Positions 34,339-43,842 are shown, numbered from the stretch's first letter. The stretch: 63,608 bases of DNA from a bacterium (GCA_029555085.1 JAKPTO010000030.1:1-63608), one strand, 5' to 3'. Made by a program: numbers and translations. The notes: generated from the sequence alone by a model not told the origin.

Positions 34339-35772
34339 TTATTTTTGGTCTTTACCGAGAAGAATTAAGAAATCTATTTTACCATCCATTAAATAATCTT
34401 TAAGATTTTCTGATAAAACATTTGTTCTTATTCCACCTATTTTATTTTGAATTTTTGTAAGTGTTTGAGGGTATTTATTATTACTTAAATCATAGATTAT
34501 TGTTGATGTTGAATTTTTTGTAGGAGCATTTTCTATTCTTGAAATTGTTAGTCCCTGCGCTTCTAAAATTTTTGCTTTTTTACTTGCAAGTCCTGATTGG
34601 TCTGTTCCATTTAATATATATATTGTAGCATTTTCTTGTTGCGCTTGCATCGAAATTTTATCTTGATTTTCAAATAGATTTTTGAAAAAATCTTGTATTA
34701 TGCCGAAGTTGCCTCCTTTTGGGATGAGTATCCACGCGCCGTCATAAGTTGAGGTTGTGCTTGTGAGTAAATTATCTGGAGCATCATTTATAACTTTGTT
34801 GTAAATTTTATTTTTGTCAATTTCTTTTAAAATATCTACAAATCTTATGGCCTCCCAGGTTTCTACATCTGTTTTTACATATTCATTTAAAATTTTAAAA
34901 AGTTTAGAAATTTTATTAGGGTTTGTAATCGTAGAAAAACTTAATATTTTGTCTTTTACAGAACTTATTATTTTCATTTGTCTTTTGCTTCTTGCATAAT
35001 CAGAGCCCTCAAAACCACTTCCATCAATTACTATTCCGTGGCGACTTCTTGCAAATTTTAATGCCTCGTCACCATCTAAATGCTGTTGTCCCTTTTTAAA
35101 TTGAACGGTTTGAATTTTATGATTGTTTGTTGGGTATTGATAATCTACAAAACTATTTTCTATATATACATCTACTCCGCCAAGTGCATTTACAATTTCC
35201 TTAAAACCAAAAAAATCTACAGACACGCCATAATGTATCGGGATTCCAATATTTTCTTCAATATTTTGTTCTGCATATTTCAGTCCATTGCCTTTTTCTA
35301 TACTTTCTCCTATGGAATATAAGTGATTTATTTTTTTATACATTCCATTTTCTGTTTTAACAATCAGATCTCTTGGAATTGAAACCATATAAACTTCATT
35401 TGTTTCATATTCATAACTCAAAAGTATTATTGTATCTGTTAGAAATGGTCCATCATGACCCTCTCCACCCATTCCAAGTATTAATACATTTGTTCTTCCA
35501 TCAGATTCGCCTTTTAATTTTTTGAAATCAGAAGAAATCAAGGAAGATATTTGTCTGATTAAAGAATTTTTTTGAATTGTCTGTGCAAAACTAGATTTAG
35601 AACTTGAAGCGATAACAGAAAGTATTAGTATTGTTGATAGAAATCCAATCAAAAACAAAAAAAGCACATTTTTTATTATGAACATTAATCTGCTTTTTTC
35701 ATATCGCTTTCTTGCTGTTTCTAAACTTTCTTCACCATTGTCATCGATAAAAAATTTTTTCTGTTTTTTCAT
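34339..35772 (-). CDS. LytR-CpsA-Psr (LCP) family cell-envelope phosphotransferase with a LytR_C-like C-terminal domain
   Basis: 477 aa. An N-terminal TM helix is followed by TNVLILGMGGEGHDGPFLTDTIILLSY, VSIPRDL and ALKFARSRH. Confidence 0.85.
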   Translation of the reverse strand: MKKQKKFFIDDNGEESLETARKRYEKSRLMFIIKNVLFLFLIGFLSTILILSVIASSSKSSFAQTIQKNSLIRQISSLISSDFKKLKGESDGRTNVLILGMGGEGHDGPFLTDTIILLSYEYETNEVYMVSIPRDLIVKTENGMYKKINHLYSIGESIEKGNGLKYAEQNIEENIGIPIHYGVSVDFFGFKEIVNALGGVDVYIENSFVDYQYPTNNHKIQTVQFKKGQQHLDGDEALKFARSRHGIVIDGSGFEGSDYARSKRQMKIISSVKDKILSFSTITNPNKISKLFKILNEYVKTDVETWEAIRFVDILKEIDKNKIYNKVINDAPDNLLTSTTSTYDGAWILIPKGGNFGIIQDFFKNLFENQDKISMQAQQENATIYILNGTDQSGLASKKAKILEAQGLTISRIENAPTKNSTSTIIYDLSNNKYPQTLTKIQNKIGGIRTNVLSENLKDYLMDGKIDFLILLGKDQK

Positions 35773-35916
35773 TTTATTCTGAATTGTATTAAGTTTTATT
35801 CTTAAGTTATAATAATATAAAAAAGATATTTTATCAAGATATTTGTCTACTTGTACAGTTTTGTATTTTTAATCAATGTATTATATAATTAATTTATACT
35901 ATAAATTATTAATACT

Positions 35917-36084
35917 ATGGGAGAAACACAAAACAATAGAGATTATTTTGGTAAAAAAATAGATGAGATAATAGATTCAATTGTTGGTTTTTTCTTTGAA
36001 ACATTTCCATATATTTCACTTATGCTAGCTTTTTTGTTTTTGCTTTATAAATTATTAAAGCCAGCTATAATAATTGAATATTAA
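35917..36084 (+). CDS. Possible small membrane protein (55 aa); not in the ORF track because it is under 60 aa
   Basis: The ATG ORF encodes MGETQNNRDYFGKKIDEIIDSIVGFFFETFPYISLMLAFLFLLYKLLKPAIIIEY. It has one hydrophobic helix and is followed by a plus-strand terminator at 36109-36137. No clear SD. Confidence 0.25.
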   Translation: MGETQNNRDYFGKKIDEIIDSIVGFFFETFPYISLMLAFLFLLYKLLKPAIIIEY

Positions 36085-36108
36085 ATATTATTAAATATAA
36101 AAATAAAA

Positions 36109-36137
36109 ACGGGCTCTTATGGAGAGTCTGTTTTTTG
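36109..36137 (+). terminator. Stem-loop with a T-run. It is best on the plus strand and may also serve the convergent minus-strand gene.
   Basis: ACGGGCTCT-tatgg-AGAGTCTGT forms 9 bp with two G-U pairs on the plus strand, followed by TTTTTT. Confidence 0.5.
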
Positions 36138-36146
36138 TTGAAAATG

Positions 36147-36422
36147 TTATTCGCCAACGCAGAATTTTTCCGCGTTATTGGAACAGTCAGTGCATCCGCA
36201 ATAAGGTTTTTTTTCATCATTGCTTGGCATGAGGCCTGTTCCCTTGCATGTTTCGCAGATGTTTCCGTCGGCTCGTTTACCAGAGCCCCTGTTATTTTCT
36301 CCAGAAGCAATCCAGTTTTCTCGAGGAATAAATGTTCGAGTATCTGGGGCTTCTTTTTGTGCATTGCCACGGGGTTTGTATACTGACTTCCCCTTGGGGT
36401 TTTTTGTATTTGGAAAAAGCAT
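36147..36422 (-). CDS. Small basic Cys-rich protein (91 aa) with a DnaJ-type CxxCxGxG motif; unknown function
   Basis: The chosen frame and start are MLFPNTKNPKGK...ICETCKGTGLM...CGCTDCSNNAEKFCVGE. GGAGG lies 4 nt upstream of ATG 36422. The gene has its own promoter at 36455-36483. The region is much more GC-rich than its flanks, so five overlapping frames are open. Confidence 0.55.
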   Translation of the reverse strand: MLFPNTKNPKGKSVYKPRGNAQKEAPDTRTFIPRENWIASGENNRGSGKRADGNICETCKGTGLMPSNDEKKPYCGCTDCSNNAEKFCVGE

Positions 36423-36454
36423 TTTTCCTCCATAATATGTATTTTTCTGAAATA

Positions 36455-36483
36455 AATATTGCATATTTTAACAAAAATGTCAA
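36455..36483 (-). promoter_or_regulatory. Promoter of the small Cys-rich protein gene
   Basis: On the minus strand: TTGACA, a 17 nt spacer, and TGcAATATT (an extended -10). The predicted start lies about 25 nt upstream of the ATG. Confidence 0.5.
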
Positions 36484-36514
36484 TAGCAAGATAAATCTAA
36501 TTATTTATTTATAT

Positions 36515-36547
36515 ATAAAATAAAACAATCCCACAAATGAGATTGTT
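36515..36547 (-). terminator. Terminator after rpmB
   Basis: On the minus strand: AACAATC-tcatttgtgg-GATTGTT followed by TTATTTT. Confidence 0.55.
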
Positions 36548-36572
36548 GCCTTGTAACTTTCGCCTAAAAGTA

Positions 36573-36752
36573 TTATTTTTTTATTGGCTTTGCCATTTCT
36601 TTAATACATCTAGCACAAACCTTCGCTGATTTTCCATTTATTTTTTTTGATTGCAGATTAATTCCTATGGCTCTTTTTGTCTTTCTTTGAGAATGACTTT
36701 TTAAATTACCACTTGTGGTGCCACGTTTGCAAATTGAACAAACTCTTGCCAT
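36573..36752 (-). CDS. rpmB: 50S ribosomal protein L28 (zinc-ribbon C+ form); absent from the ORF track because it is 59 aa
   Basis: My translation is MARVCSICKRGTTSGNLKSHSQRKTKRAIGINLQSKKINGKSAKVCARCIKEMAKPIKK. It shows the L28 signature (C..C.K....GN..SHS..KTKR...NLQ) with a second C..C pair. Confidence 0.88.
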   Translation of the reverse strand: MARVCSICKRGTTSGNLKSHSQRKTKRAIGINLQSKKINGKSAKVCARCIKEMAKPIKK

Positions 36753-36822
36753 ATATTTGTAATTTGAATATTAATAATTTATAATGATAAATATATATTA
36801 TTTTTATAATTTTGTCAATAAT

Positions 36823-37512
36823 ATGATATTAAATTCACTATTTACAAATCCAATGTTATTTATTGCATGGCTTGTTGCGATAATTTTTGCACTTACAATT
36901 CATGAATTTTTTCACGCGTATGTAGCTTTAAAACAAGGTGACCCAACAGCAAAATTAATGGGAAGACTTAGTTTAAACCCCCTTGTTCACATTGATGTTT
37001 TTGGTTTTATATCAATTCTTTTAGTTGGATTTGGTTGGGCAAAACCAGTGCCAGTAAATCCACTTTATTTTAAAAATAAAAAATGGGGAGATGCAATTGT
37101 TTCAGTTGCTGGACCATTATCAAATTTTATTTCCGCAACAATTTTTATTATGTTTTTTGTTATTGGAGTAAAATTAAATATTATAAATTACGATTTATTA
37201 ATAAACACTATAAATTATTTTGTAGGTTATGGTTCCGTTTATAATTTAGGATATTATTTTTTAATTTCTTTAATAGTTATAAATATAGCGCTAGGAGTTT
37301 TTAATCTTATCCCAATTCCACCGCTAGATGGTTATCATATATTATTTGCAGTATTGCCAAATTCTTTTAATGATGTAAAAGTTTGGCTTTTGAAAAATGG
37401 ACCAACATTTTTATTAATTATAATTTTAGCCGATAGTTTTTTAAATATAGGAGTTTTTTCTTATCTATTTAATTTAATATTTAATGCTCTTGGCAAATTA
37501 ATTTTAGGTTAA
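36823..37512 (+). CDS. Site-2-protease-class (M50-like) membrane zinc metalloprotease
   Basis: It has the HExxH motif (TIHEFFHAY) in the first TM region, polytopic topology, and NLIPIPPLDGYH (the third zinc ligand motif). The track ORF starts at 36784; ATG 36823 (MILNSLF) is the more plausible start. Confidence 0.8.
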   Translation: MILNSLFTNPMLFIAWLVAIIFALTIHEFFHAYVALKQGDPTAKLMGRLSLNPLVHIDVFGFISILLVGFGWAKPVPVNPLYFKNKKWGDAIVSVAGPLSNFISATIFIMFFVIGVKLNIINYDLLINTINYFVGYGSVYNLGYYFLISLIVINIALGVFNLIPIPPLDGYHILFAVLPNSFNDVKVWLLKNGPTFLLIIILADSFLNIGVFSYLFNLIFNALGKLILG

Positions 37513-37524
37513 TCTCTAATAATA

Positions 37525-37553
37525 TTGACTAATCGTATAAGTTGTGATAACCT
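37525..37553 (+). promoter_or_regulatory. Candidate promoter of the str operon
   Basis: -35 TTGACT (37525-37530), a 17 nt spacer ending in TG, and -10 TAACCT. Confidence 0.4.
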
Positions 37554-37627
37554 ATTTTAATATTAGTAACAAATTTTATTTTAATAATTTTAATGTACCC
37601 AAATATCTAACTGGGTAGTCAAAATAA

Positions 37628-38047
37628 ATGCCAACAATAAATCAATTAGTAAAAAAACCAAGGAAGGATCCAAGGAAAAGACCAAGTACTGTGGGTCTTA
37701 AATTCAGACAAAACACTTTAAAGAGAACAAAAAAATATAATTCAGTTGGTTCTCCATTTAAAAGAGGGGTTTGTATAAAAGTAACTACAACAACTCCAAA
37801 AAAACCTAATTCAGCACTGCGCAAAATTGCGAGAGTAAGATTATCCAATGGTCAAGAAGTAACAGCTTATATACCTGGAGTGGGACATAATTTACAGGAA
37901 CACTCTATAGTTATGGTAAGAGGTGGTAGAGTAAAGGACTTACCGGGGGTTGCTTATCACATAGTTCGTGGTGTTTATGATTCACAGGGTGTTGAAAATA
38001 GAAAGCAGGGAAGGTCTCTTTATGGAGCAAAAAAACCTAAAAAATAA
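37628..38047 (+). CDS. rpsL: 30S ribosomal protein S12
   Basis: [13 protein letters not shown]...[20 protein letters not shown]...GHNLQEHS...[11 protein letters not shown]. Confidence 0.97.
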   Translation: MPTINQLVKKPRKDPRKRPSTVGLKFRQNTLKRTKKYNSVGSPFKRGVCIKVTTTTPKKPNSALRKIARVRLSNGQEVTAYIPGVGHNLQEHSIVMVRGGRVKDLPGVAYHIVRGVYDSQGVENRKQGRSLYGAKKPKK

Positions 38048-38104
38048 TTAAAATAGCAATTAAACTAGTTTTAGTCACTAGGAACTAAAAGTTAAAATTA
38101 ATAT

Positions 38105-38572
38105 ATGAGAGGTAAACCACAATCAAAAAGAAAGATTAAACCAGATCCAAAATTTAATAGTTTGGTTATTGGAAAATTTATAAACTATATAATGAGAAAT
38201 GGTAAAAAAGCCATGGCCCAAACAATAGTTTATAAATCACTTGATATAATTTCAGAAAAAACAAAACAAGATGGACTTGCTGTTTTTAATCAAGCAATAA
38301 AAAATGTTGCTCCAACACTTGAAGTTAAGGGAAGGAGAGTTGGTGGAGCAAATTATCAGGTTCCAGTTGTTGTTTCCAATGAAAGAAAACAAGTATTAGC
38401 ATTTAGATGGATAATTGATGCAGCAAAATCAAGAAAGGGAAAAGCAATGTCAGAAAAATTAGCCGATGAGATAATTTCTGCATCTACAAATGAAGGCGAA
38501 GCAATAAAGAAAAGAACAAATATTCATAAAATGGCTGAATCTAATAGAGCTTTTGCTCATTTTGCCAGGTAA
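38105..38572 (+). CDS. rpsG: 30S ribosomal protein S7
   Basis: PDPKFNSLVIGKFINYIMRNGKK...EVKGRRVGGANYQVPV...NRAFAHFA. Confidence 0.97.
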   Translation: MRGKPQSKRKIKPDPKFNSLVIGKFINYIMRNGKKAMAQTIVYKSLDIISEKTKQDGLAVFNQAIKNVAPTLEVKGRRVGGANYQVPVVVSNERKQVLAFRWIIDAAKSRKGKAMSEKLADEIISASTNEGEAIKKRTNIHKMAESNRAFAHFAR

Positions 38573-38645
38573 TTTTTAGCTGTAGGTTTTTAACTGTCAG
38601 CTTTTATTTTTTAAAATTTATTTAAAATTTAGAATTTAAAATTAT

Positions 38646-40721
38646 ATGTCGAGACAATATTCATTAGAAGATACTAGAAATATTGGGATTATTGCCCATA
38701 TAGACGCTGGTAAAACAACAACTACTGAGCGTATTTTGTTTTATACAGGTAAAAAACATAAAATGGGAGAAACGCATGATGGAACAGCAGACATGGATTG
38801 GATGGAGCAAGAAAAAGAAAGAGGGATAACAATCACATCAGCTGCTACAACATGTTTTTGGAATAATAAAAGAATTAATATAATTGATACTCCAGGACAT
38901 GTGGATTTTACCGCTGAGGTGGAGAGATCTTTAAGAGTTTTAGATGGAGCTGTTTGTGTTTTTGATGGTTCGCAAGGAGTTGAACCACAATCTGAAACAG
39001 TATGGAGACAAGCAGACAAATATCATGTTCCAAGATTAGCCTATATTAACAAGATGGCAAAAATGGGAGCGGATTTTTATATGAGCGTTGATTCAATTTT
39101 TAAAAGATTGTCACAAAAAGCTGTTCCTATACAGATTCCAATTGGAGCAGAGAGCGAATTTCTTGGAGTTGTAGATCTTATAAAAATGAAAGCATATAAA
39201 TTTGAAGGGCAAAGTGGAGAAAAAATTGTTGAAATTGAAATTCCAGAAAATTTAAAAGACAAGGCACTTGAATTTAGAGCTAAACTTGTCGAAGTTGCTG
39301 CAGAGGGTTCTGATGAACTTACAGAAAAATATTTGAGTGGTGGTGATTTATCAGAAGAAGATATAAAAACAGGATTAAGAGCATTAGTATTAAAAGGAGG
39401 AGTTTATCCAGTATTGTGCGGAGATGCACTTACGAATCAAGGCATTCAATTTGTTCTTGATGCTGTTGTTGATTATTTACCATCACCAGTTGAGGTTCCT
39501 CCAATAGAGGGAATTGATAAAAGAACAGGAGAAAAAATTCATAGAAAAACAGATGATAATGAAAAATTTTCAGCTCTAGCATTTAAAGTTGCAACAGATC
39601 CTTTTATTGGAAAATTAATTTTTGTAAGAGTTTATTCTGGAGTTTTAAAAGCGGGATCTTATGTTTATAATTCTTCTACAGACACAAAAGAAAGAATTGC
39701 AAGAATTGTTTACCTTCATGCAAATTCTAGAGAAGAGGTTAGTGAAATTTATGCGGGAGACATTGCAGGAGTTGTGGGGTTAAAAGATACAAAAACAGGA
39801 AACACATTGTGTTCTGAAGGTGATGATATAATATTAGAATCAATTACATTTCCAGAACCAGTTATTCATATGGCAATTGAACCAAAAACAAAACAAGATC
39901 AAGAAAAAATGGGCTTGGCTCTTGCTAAGCTTTCAGAAGAAGATCCTACATTTAGGATTAAGACAGATGAAGAAACACAACAGGTTATTATTGCTGGAAT
40001 GGGAGAATTACATCTGGATGTTTTAGTTGATAGAATGAGAAGGGAATTTAAAGTTGAGGTGGGCACAGGACAGCCACAGGTTGCTTATAAAGAAACAATA
40101 AAAGGGACAGCAGAAGCAGAGGGAAAATATATTAAACAATCAGGTGGTCGTGGACAATATGGTCATTGTTGGATTAGAGTTGAGTCCCGTGAAAGAGGGA
40201 AGGGACATGAATTTGTTGATGAGATTAAAGGTGGAGTAATTCCAAGAGAGTTTATTCCAGCTATTCAAAAAGGTATAAAAGAAGCATGCGATGAAGGAAT
40301 TCTTGCGCATTATCCAGTTATTGATGTAAAAGCAACGGTTTATGATGGATCTTACCATGAAGTTGACTCGTCTGAGGCTGCATTTAAAATTGCGGCTTCA
40401 AAAGCATTCAAAGATGCTTGTCGCGCTGCTCAACCAATAATTTTAGAACCAATTATGAAAGTCAATGCAATAACTCCGGAAGAATACATGGGAGATGTTA
40501 TTGGAGATTTAAATTCAAAAAGAGGACAAATTGATAGTATGGAAGATAGAGTAAATCTAAAATCTATAAATGCAAAAGTTCCATTATCAGAATTATTTGG
40601 TTATGCAACAACTCTTCGTGGGATGACTCAGGGAAGAGCAAGTTACACAATGGAATTTAGTCATTATCAAGAAGTCCCTCAAAAAATTGCTCAGGAAATT
40701 ATAGAAGGGAAAAGAAAGTAA
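38646..40721 (+). CDS. fusA: Elongation factor G
   Basis: 691 aa. It has the G1 motif AHIDAGKTT, then DTPGHVDF and NKMAKMG, plus domains II-V including GELHLDV. Confidence 0.97.
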   Translation: MSRQYSLEDTRNIGIIAHIDAGKTTTTERILFYTGKKHKMGETHDGTADMDWMEQEKERGITITSAATTCFWNNKRINIIDTPGHVDFTAEVERSLRVLDGAVCVFDGSQGVEPQSETVWRQADKYHVPRLAYINKMAKMGADFYMSVDSIFKRLSQKAVPIQIPIGAESEFLGVVDLIKMKAYKFEGQSGEKIVEIEIPENLKDKALEFRAKLVEVAAEGSDELTEKYLSGGDLSEEDIKTGLRALVLKGGVYPVLCGDALTNQGIQFVLDAVVDYLPSPVEVPPIEGIDKRTGEKIHRKTDDNEKFSALAFKVATDPFIGKLIFVRVYSGVLKAGSYVYNSSTDTKERIARIVYLHANSREEVSEIYAGDIAGVVGLKDTKTGNTLCSEGDDIILESITFPEPVIHMAIEPKTKQDQEKMGLALAKLSEEDPTFRIKTDEETQQVIIAGMGELHLDVLVDRMRREFKVEVGTGQPQVAYKETIKGTAEAEGKYIKQSGGRGQYGHCWIRVESRERGKGHEFVDEIKGGVIPREFIPAIQKGIKEACDEGILAHYPVIDVKATVYDGSYHEVDSSEAAFKIAASKAFKDACRAAQPIILEPIMKVNAITPEEYMGDVIGDLNSKRGQIDSMEDRVNLKSINAKVPLSELFGYATTLRGMTQGRASYTMEFSHYQEVPQKIAQEIIEGKRK

Positions 40722-40801
40722 ATTAGATTTCATATTTCAAATTTAGATTAATAGAATTTTAGTTGTTTGAAAATTGAAATCTAAAAATTAAGAACAAAAA
40801 T

Positions 40802-40996
40802 ATGGATATTGATAAAATAATAGACATTGTTAAAAAAACAAACAAAGAAGTTGTTCTTTTGCGTGAAAATGGAGATGCTTATGTTGTTTCAAAATTGGAA
40901 GATTTTTATAAAAATCTAGATAAAGATGCGAATGACTATAATAAAAAATCAGATGATGATTATGCTATCTCTGTAAAGAAATTAATAATGCCATGA
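40802..40996 (+). CDS. Small acidic protein resembling the N-terminal fold of Phd/YefM antitoxins (tentative)
   Basis: 64 aa. The segment KEVVLLRENGDAYVVSKLEDFYKNL resembles the YefM/Phd pattern ([22 protein letters not shown] in E. coli YefM, from memory). No toxin ORF is adjacent. It is inserted between fusA and tuf. Confidence 0.35.
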   Translation: MDIDKIIDIVKKTNKEVVLLRENGDAYVVSKLEDFYKNLDKDANDYNKKSDDDYAISVKKLIMP

Positions 40997-41117
40997 CATT
41001 TGCATTTTTTTGAATAATTTGTTATTATAGTTTATGCATTTATTTTTTTAATAAATTTTTAATAAAATTTTTAGTGGTTTTCCACTATGGTATCTAATTT
41101 AATTAATTATTCTCGAT

Positions 41118-41137
41118 TCAAGTCAAGCTTGACTTGA
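41118..41137. repeat. Perfect 20-bp palindrome just upstream of the tuf SD
   Basis: TCAAGTCAAGCTTGACTTGA. Its right arm continues into TGAGG (the SD region), 12 nt before the tuf ATG. It shares TTGACTYGATGAGG with the hairpin after tuf. Confidence 0.8.
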
Positions 41138-41153
41138 TGAGGTAAATAAAATT

Positions 41154-42341
41154 ATGGCAGAAACATTTAACAGAACAAAATCACATGTAAACGTAGGTAC
41201 AATCGGCCACGTTGATCATGGAAAAACAACTTTAACAGCTGCTATCTTAAAGGTTTTGGCAGTTCATGGTGGTGTTGCTCAAAATAAATCAGTTGATCAA
41301 ATTGATAACGCACCAGAAGAAAAGGAAAGAGGTATTACTATTGCTACTTCTCACGTAGAATATGAATCAGAAAAAAGACACTATGCTCACGTTGATTGTC
41401 CAGGACACGCTGACTATGTAAAAAATATGATTACCGGCGCTGCACAAATGGACGGAGCAATACTTGTAGTGTCAGCTGCTGATGGAGCTATGCCTCAGAC
41501 AAGGGAACATATTGTTCTAGCAAGACAAGTTGGAGTTCCTTATATTATTGTTTTCTTGAATAAGGTTGATCAGGTAAGTGACCCAGAACTTATTGATTTA
41601 GTTGAGGAAGAAGTAAGAGATCTATTAAAAAAATATGAATTCCCTGGTGATGAAGTTCCATTCGTAAGAGGATCAGCACTTAAAGCATTAGAGGATCCAC
41701 AAGGTGAGGCATCAAAACCAATATTAGAACTTGTTTCTAAGTTAGATGAATATATTCCAGAGCCAGTCAGAGAACTAGATAAACCATTTTTAATGCCAAT
41801 TGAAGATATCTTCTCAATTGAAGGAAGAGGAACAGTAGTAACAGGAAGAATTGAGAGAGGTATTGTTAAATTAAGTGATGAGGTTGAAATGGTGGGTATT
41901 AGACCAACTGTAAAAACAGTTGTTACTGGTATTGAAATGTTTAACAAATCTCTTGATCAAGGACAAGCTGGAGACAACGCTGGAATATTATTAAGAGGTA
42001 CAAAGAAAGACGATGTTGAAAGAGGACAAGTTTTAGCAAAACCAGGAAGCATTACCCCACATACAGATTTTGAAGCAGAAGTTTATATTTTATCCAAAGA
42101 AGAAGGTGGAAGACATACACCATTTTTCAAGGGTTACAAACCACAATTCTATATTAGAACTTCAGATGTTACAGGTGATGTAGAATTACCAGAAGGAACA
42201 GAAATGGTTATGCCTGGAGATACAGTTAATTTGAAAGTTAAATTAATTCACCCAGTAGCATTAGAAGAAAAACAAAGATTCGCAATCAGAGAAGGTGGTA
42301 AAACTGTTGGAGCAGGGGTTGTTGTTAAGATTATGAAATAA
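41154..42341 (+). CDS. tuf: Elongation factor Tu
   Basis: 395 aa. It has [21 protein letters not shown] and NKVD, and the C-terminus [15 protein letters not shown]. Confidence 0.98.
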   Translation: MAETFNRTKSHVNVGTIGHVDHGKTTLTAAILKVLAVHGGVAQNKSVDQIDNAPEEKERGITIATSHVEYESEKRHYAHVDCPGHADYVKNMITGAAQMDGAILVVSAADGAMPQTREHIVLARQVGVPYIIVFLNKVDQVSDPELIDLVEEEVRDLLKKYEFPGDEVPFVRGSALKALEDPQGEASKPILELVSKLDEYIPEPVRELDKPFLMPIEDIFSIEGRGTVVTGRIERGIVKLSDEVEMVGIRPTVKTVVTGIEMFNKSLDQGQAGDNAGILLRGTKKDDVERGQVLAKPGSITPHTDFEAEVYILSKEEGGRHTPFFKGYKPQFYIRTSDVTGDVELPEGTEMVMPGDTVNLKVKLIHPVALEEKQRFAIREGGKTVGAGVVVKIMK

Positions 42342-42354
42342 ATTTATTTATTTT

Positions 42355-42381
42355 CCCTCATCGAATTTGACTCGATGAGGG
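42355..42381. repeat. Perfect 10-bp-stem hairpin immediately after tuf, with no U-tract
   Basis: CCCTCATCGA-atttgac-TCGATGAGGG. The 3' arm and loop share 13 of 14 nt (TTGACTCGATGAGG) with 41129-41142. Confidence 0.8.
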
Positions 42382-42408
42382 AAAATTGTATATTAATAAT
42401 TTATATTT

Positions 42409-42759
42409 ATGGAGAAGAATAAGAGTAAAAAAGAAAAAGTAGAAGAAAATTTGATAACTAATAGAATCAGAATAAGACTCAAAGCATACGATCACATGCT
42501 TATTGATCAATCGACAAAAACAATTGTTGATGTAGCACTTCGCAATGGTGCAAAAGTAATAGGACCAATTCCATTACCAACAGATATTAAAAAATACACA
42601 GTATTAAAATCAACTTTTGTACATAAGGATGCCAGAGATCAATACGAAATGAGAACACATAAAAGACTTTTAGATATCATAGAACCAGATAGAAAAACAA
42701 TAGACGCGCTTATGAGCTTAGACCTTCCAAACGGTGTTGACATAGAGATAAAGATGTGA
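42409..42759 (+). CDS. rpsJ: 30S ribosomal protein S10 (about 15-aa Lys-rich N-terminal extension)
   Basis: [17 protein letters not shown]...GPIPLPT...[27 protein letters not shown]. Confidence 0.96.
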   Translation: MEKNKSKKEKVEENLITNRIRIRLKAYDHMLIDQSTKTIVDVALRNGAKVIGPIPLPTDIKKYTVLKSTFVHKDARDQYEMRTHKRLLDIIEPDRKTIDALMSLDLPNGVDIEIKM

Positions 42760-42986
42760 TAAGCTCTTTTTAAGTTATTTTTTTTAATTGTTTTGAAGGG
42801 AACATTTAAAAACCCCCATCAAGGGGAAGTGTTAGATGGCTTTTCAATAACAAGTAGGAGATTGAAAAAAGCATTAATTAAATTCTGCAAAATTAATATT
42901 AAATTTAGCAGAATCGCAATTTTACATTTTTTAAACCCAAGTGTGTTTAAAAGAGGTAAGGTTACGATTTTTTATATTATAAGGAC

Positions 42987-43838
42987 ATGAATTTCATAGT
43001 AGGAACAAAAATAAAAATGACTCAAATATTTACAGAAGATGGTAGAGTTATTCCAGTTACAGAAATTAGCGCAAAACCAAATACTGTATTGAGGGTTAAA
43101 ACAAAAGAAACAGACGGATATGAATCTGTTGTTTTGGCATACGGAGAGAAGAATAAGATAAAAAAATCTTTATCTGGATTTTTTAAAAATTTAGGAAAAT
43201 TTAGGGGCGTGAAAGAATTTAGAATAGATGATATGAAATTCGACTTAAAACCAGGAGATAAAATTGGACTCGATTCTTTTACAGAGGGAGAAAAAGTAAA
43301 GGTTTCTTCAGTTTCAAAAGGTAAAGGTTTTCAGGGCGTTGTAAAAAGACATGGATTTAATGGTGGACCAAGAACTCATGGTGATAAAGATCAGTTGAGA
43401 ATGGGTGGATCGATTGGCGCGACTGAACCAAGAAGAGTTTTCAAGGGAAAAAAAATGCCTGGAAGAATGGGTGGAGAAATGGTATCAATTAAAAATTTAG
43501 AAATTGTGAAAATTGATTTAGAGAATCATTTATTATATGTGAGAGGTGCTGTATCTGGTGGAAGAAATGCTTTGGTTATGATTTATGGATCCGGAGATAT
43601 AAAAGTTCATGAAGAACAAAAGAAAAATATTGAAACACCAGAGACAAACACAGAAGAACCAAAGGTTGTTGAATCAATTGATAATTCAATTGAGGTTCCA
43701 ATAACAACAGAAACTGAAAAACCACAAGAAGTACAACAAGAAGTACAAGAAGCAGTAGAAGAAACCTCAAAAGTTGATGAAACCCCAGAGACCGAAAATA
43801 AAGAAGAAATAAAGGAAGAAACAAAAGAAGAAAAATAA
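42987..43838 (+). CDS. rplC: 50S ribosomal protein L3 with an approximately 75-aa acidic E/T/K-rich C-terminal tail
   Basis: GTKIKMTQIFTEDGRVIPVTEI...GKGFQGVVKRHGFNGGPRTHG. The tail reads HEEQKKNIETPETNTEEPK...EETKEEK. Confidence 0.96.
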   Translation: MNFIVGTKIKMTQIFTEDGRVIPVTEISAKPNTVLRVKTKETDGYESVVLAYGEKNKIKKSLSGFFKNLGKFRGVKEFRIDDMKFDLKPGDKIGLDSFTEGEKVKVSSVSKGKGFQGVVKRHGFNGGPRTHGDKDQLRMGGSIGATEPRRVFKGKKMPGRMGGEMVSIKNLEIVKIDLENHLLYVRGAVSGGRNALVMIYGSGDIKVHEEQKKNIETPETNTEEPKVVESIDNSIEVPITTETEKPQEVQQEVQEAVEETSKVDETPETENKEEIKEETKEEK

Positions 43839-43842
43839 TTTT

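Noticed and set aside
36065-36523. Competing ORFs 36065-36433(-), 36135-36386(+), 36220-36435(+), 36292-36489(-) and 36332-36523(+)
   Set aside because: These frames stay open only because the islet is GC-rich. None has an SD or promoter like the 36147-36422 minus frame. I kept only that frame, and even it carries moderate confidence.
38741-41947. Antisense ORFs within fusA and tuf (38741-39019, 39077-39262, 40140-40358, 41570-41947)
   Set aside because: They lie opposite highly conserved translation-factor genes. Their Ser/Thr/Ile-rich composition is a mirror image of the sense codons.
42793-42990. 65-aa ORF between rpsJ and rplC
   Set aside because: It has no SD, its start is a non-ATG call by the track, it overlaps the rplC start, and it is basic and hydrophobic with odd composition. 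I treated the region as a noncoding spacer.
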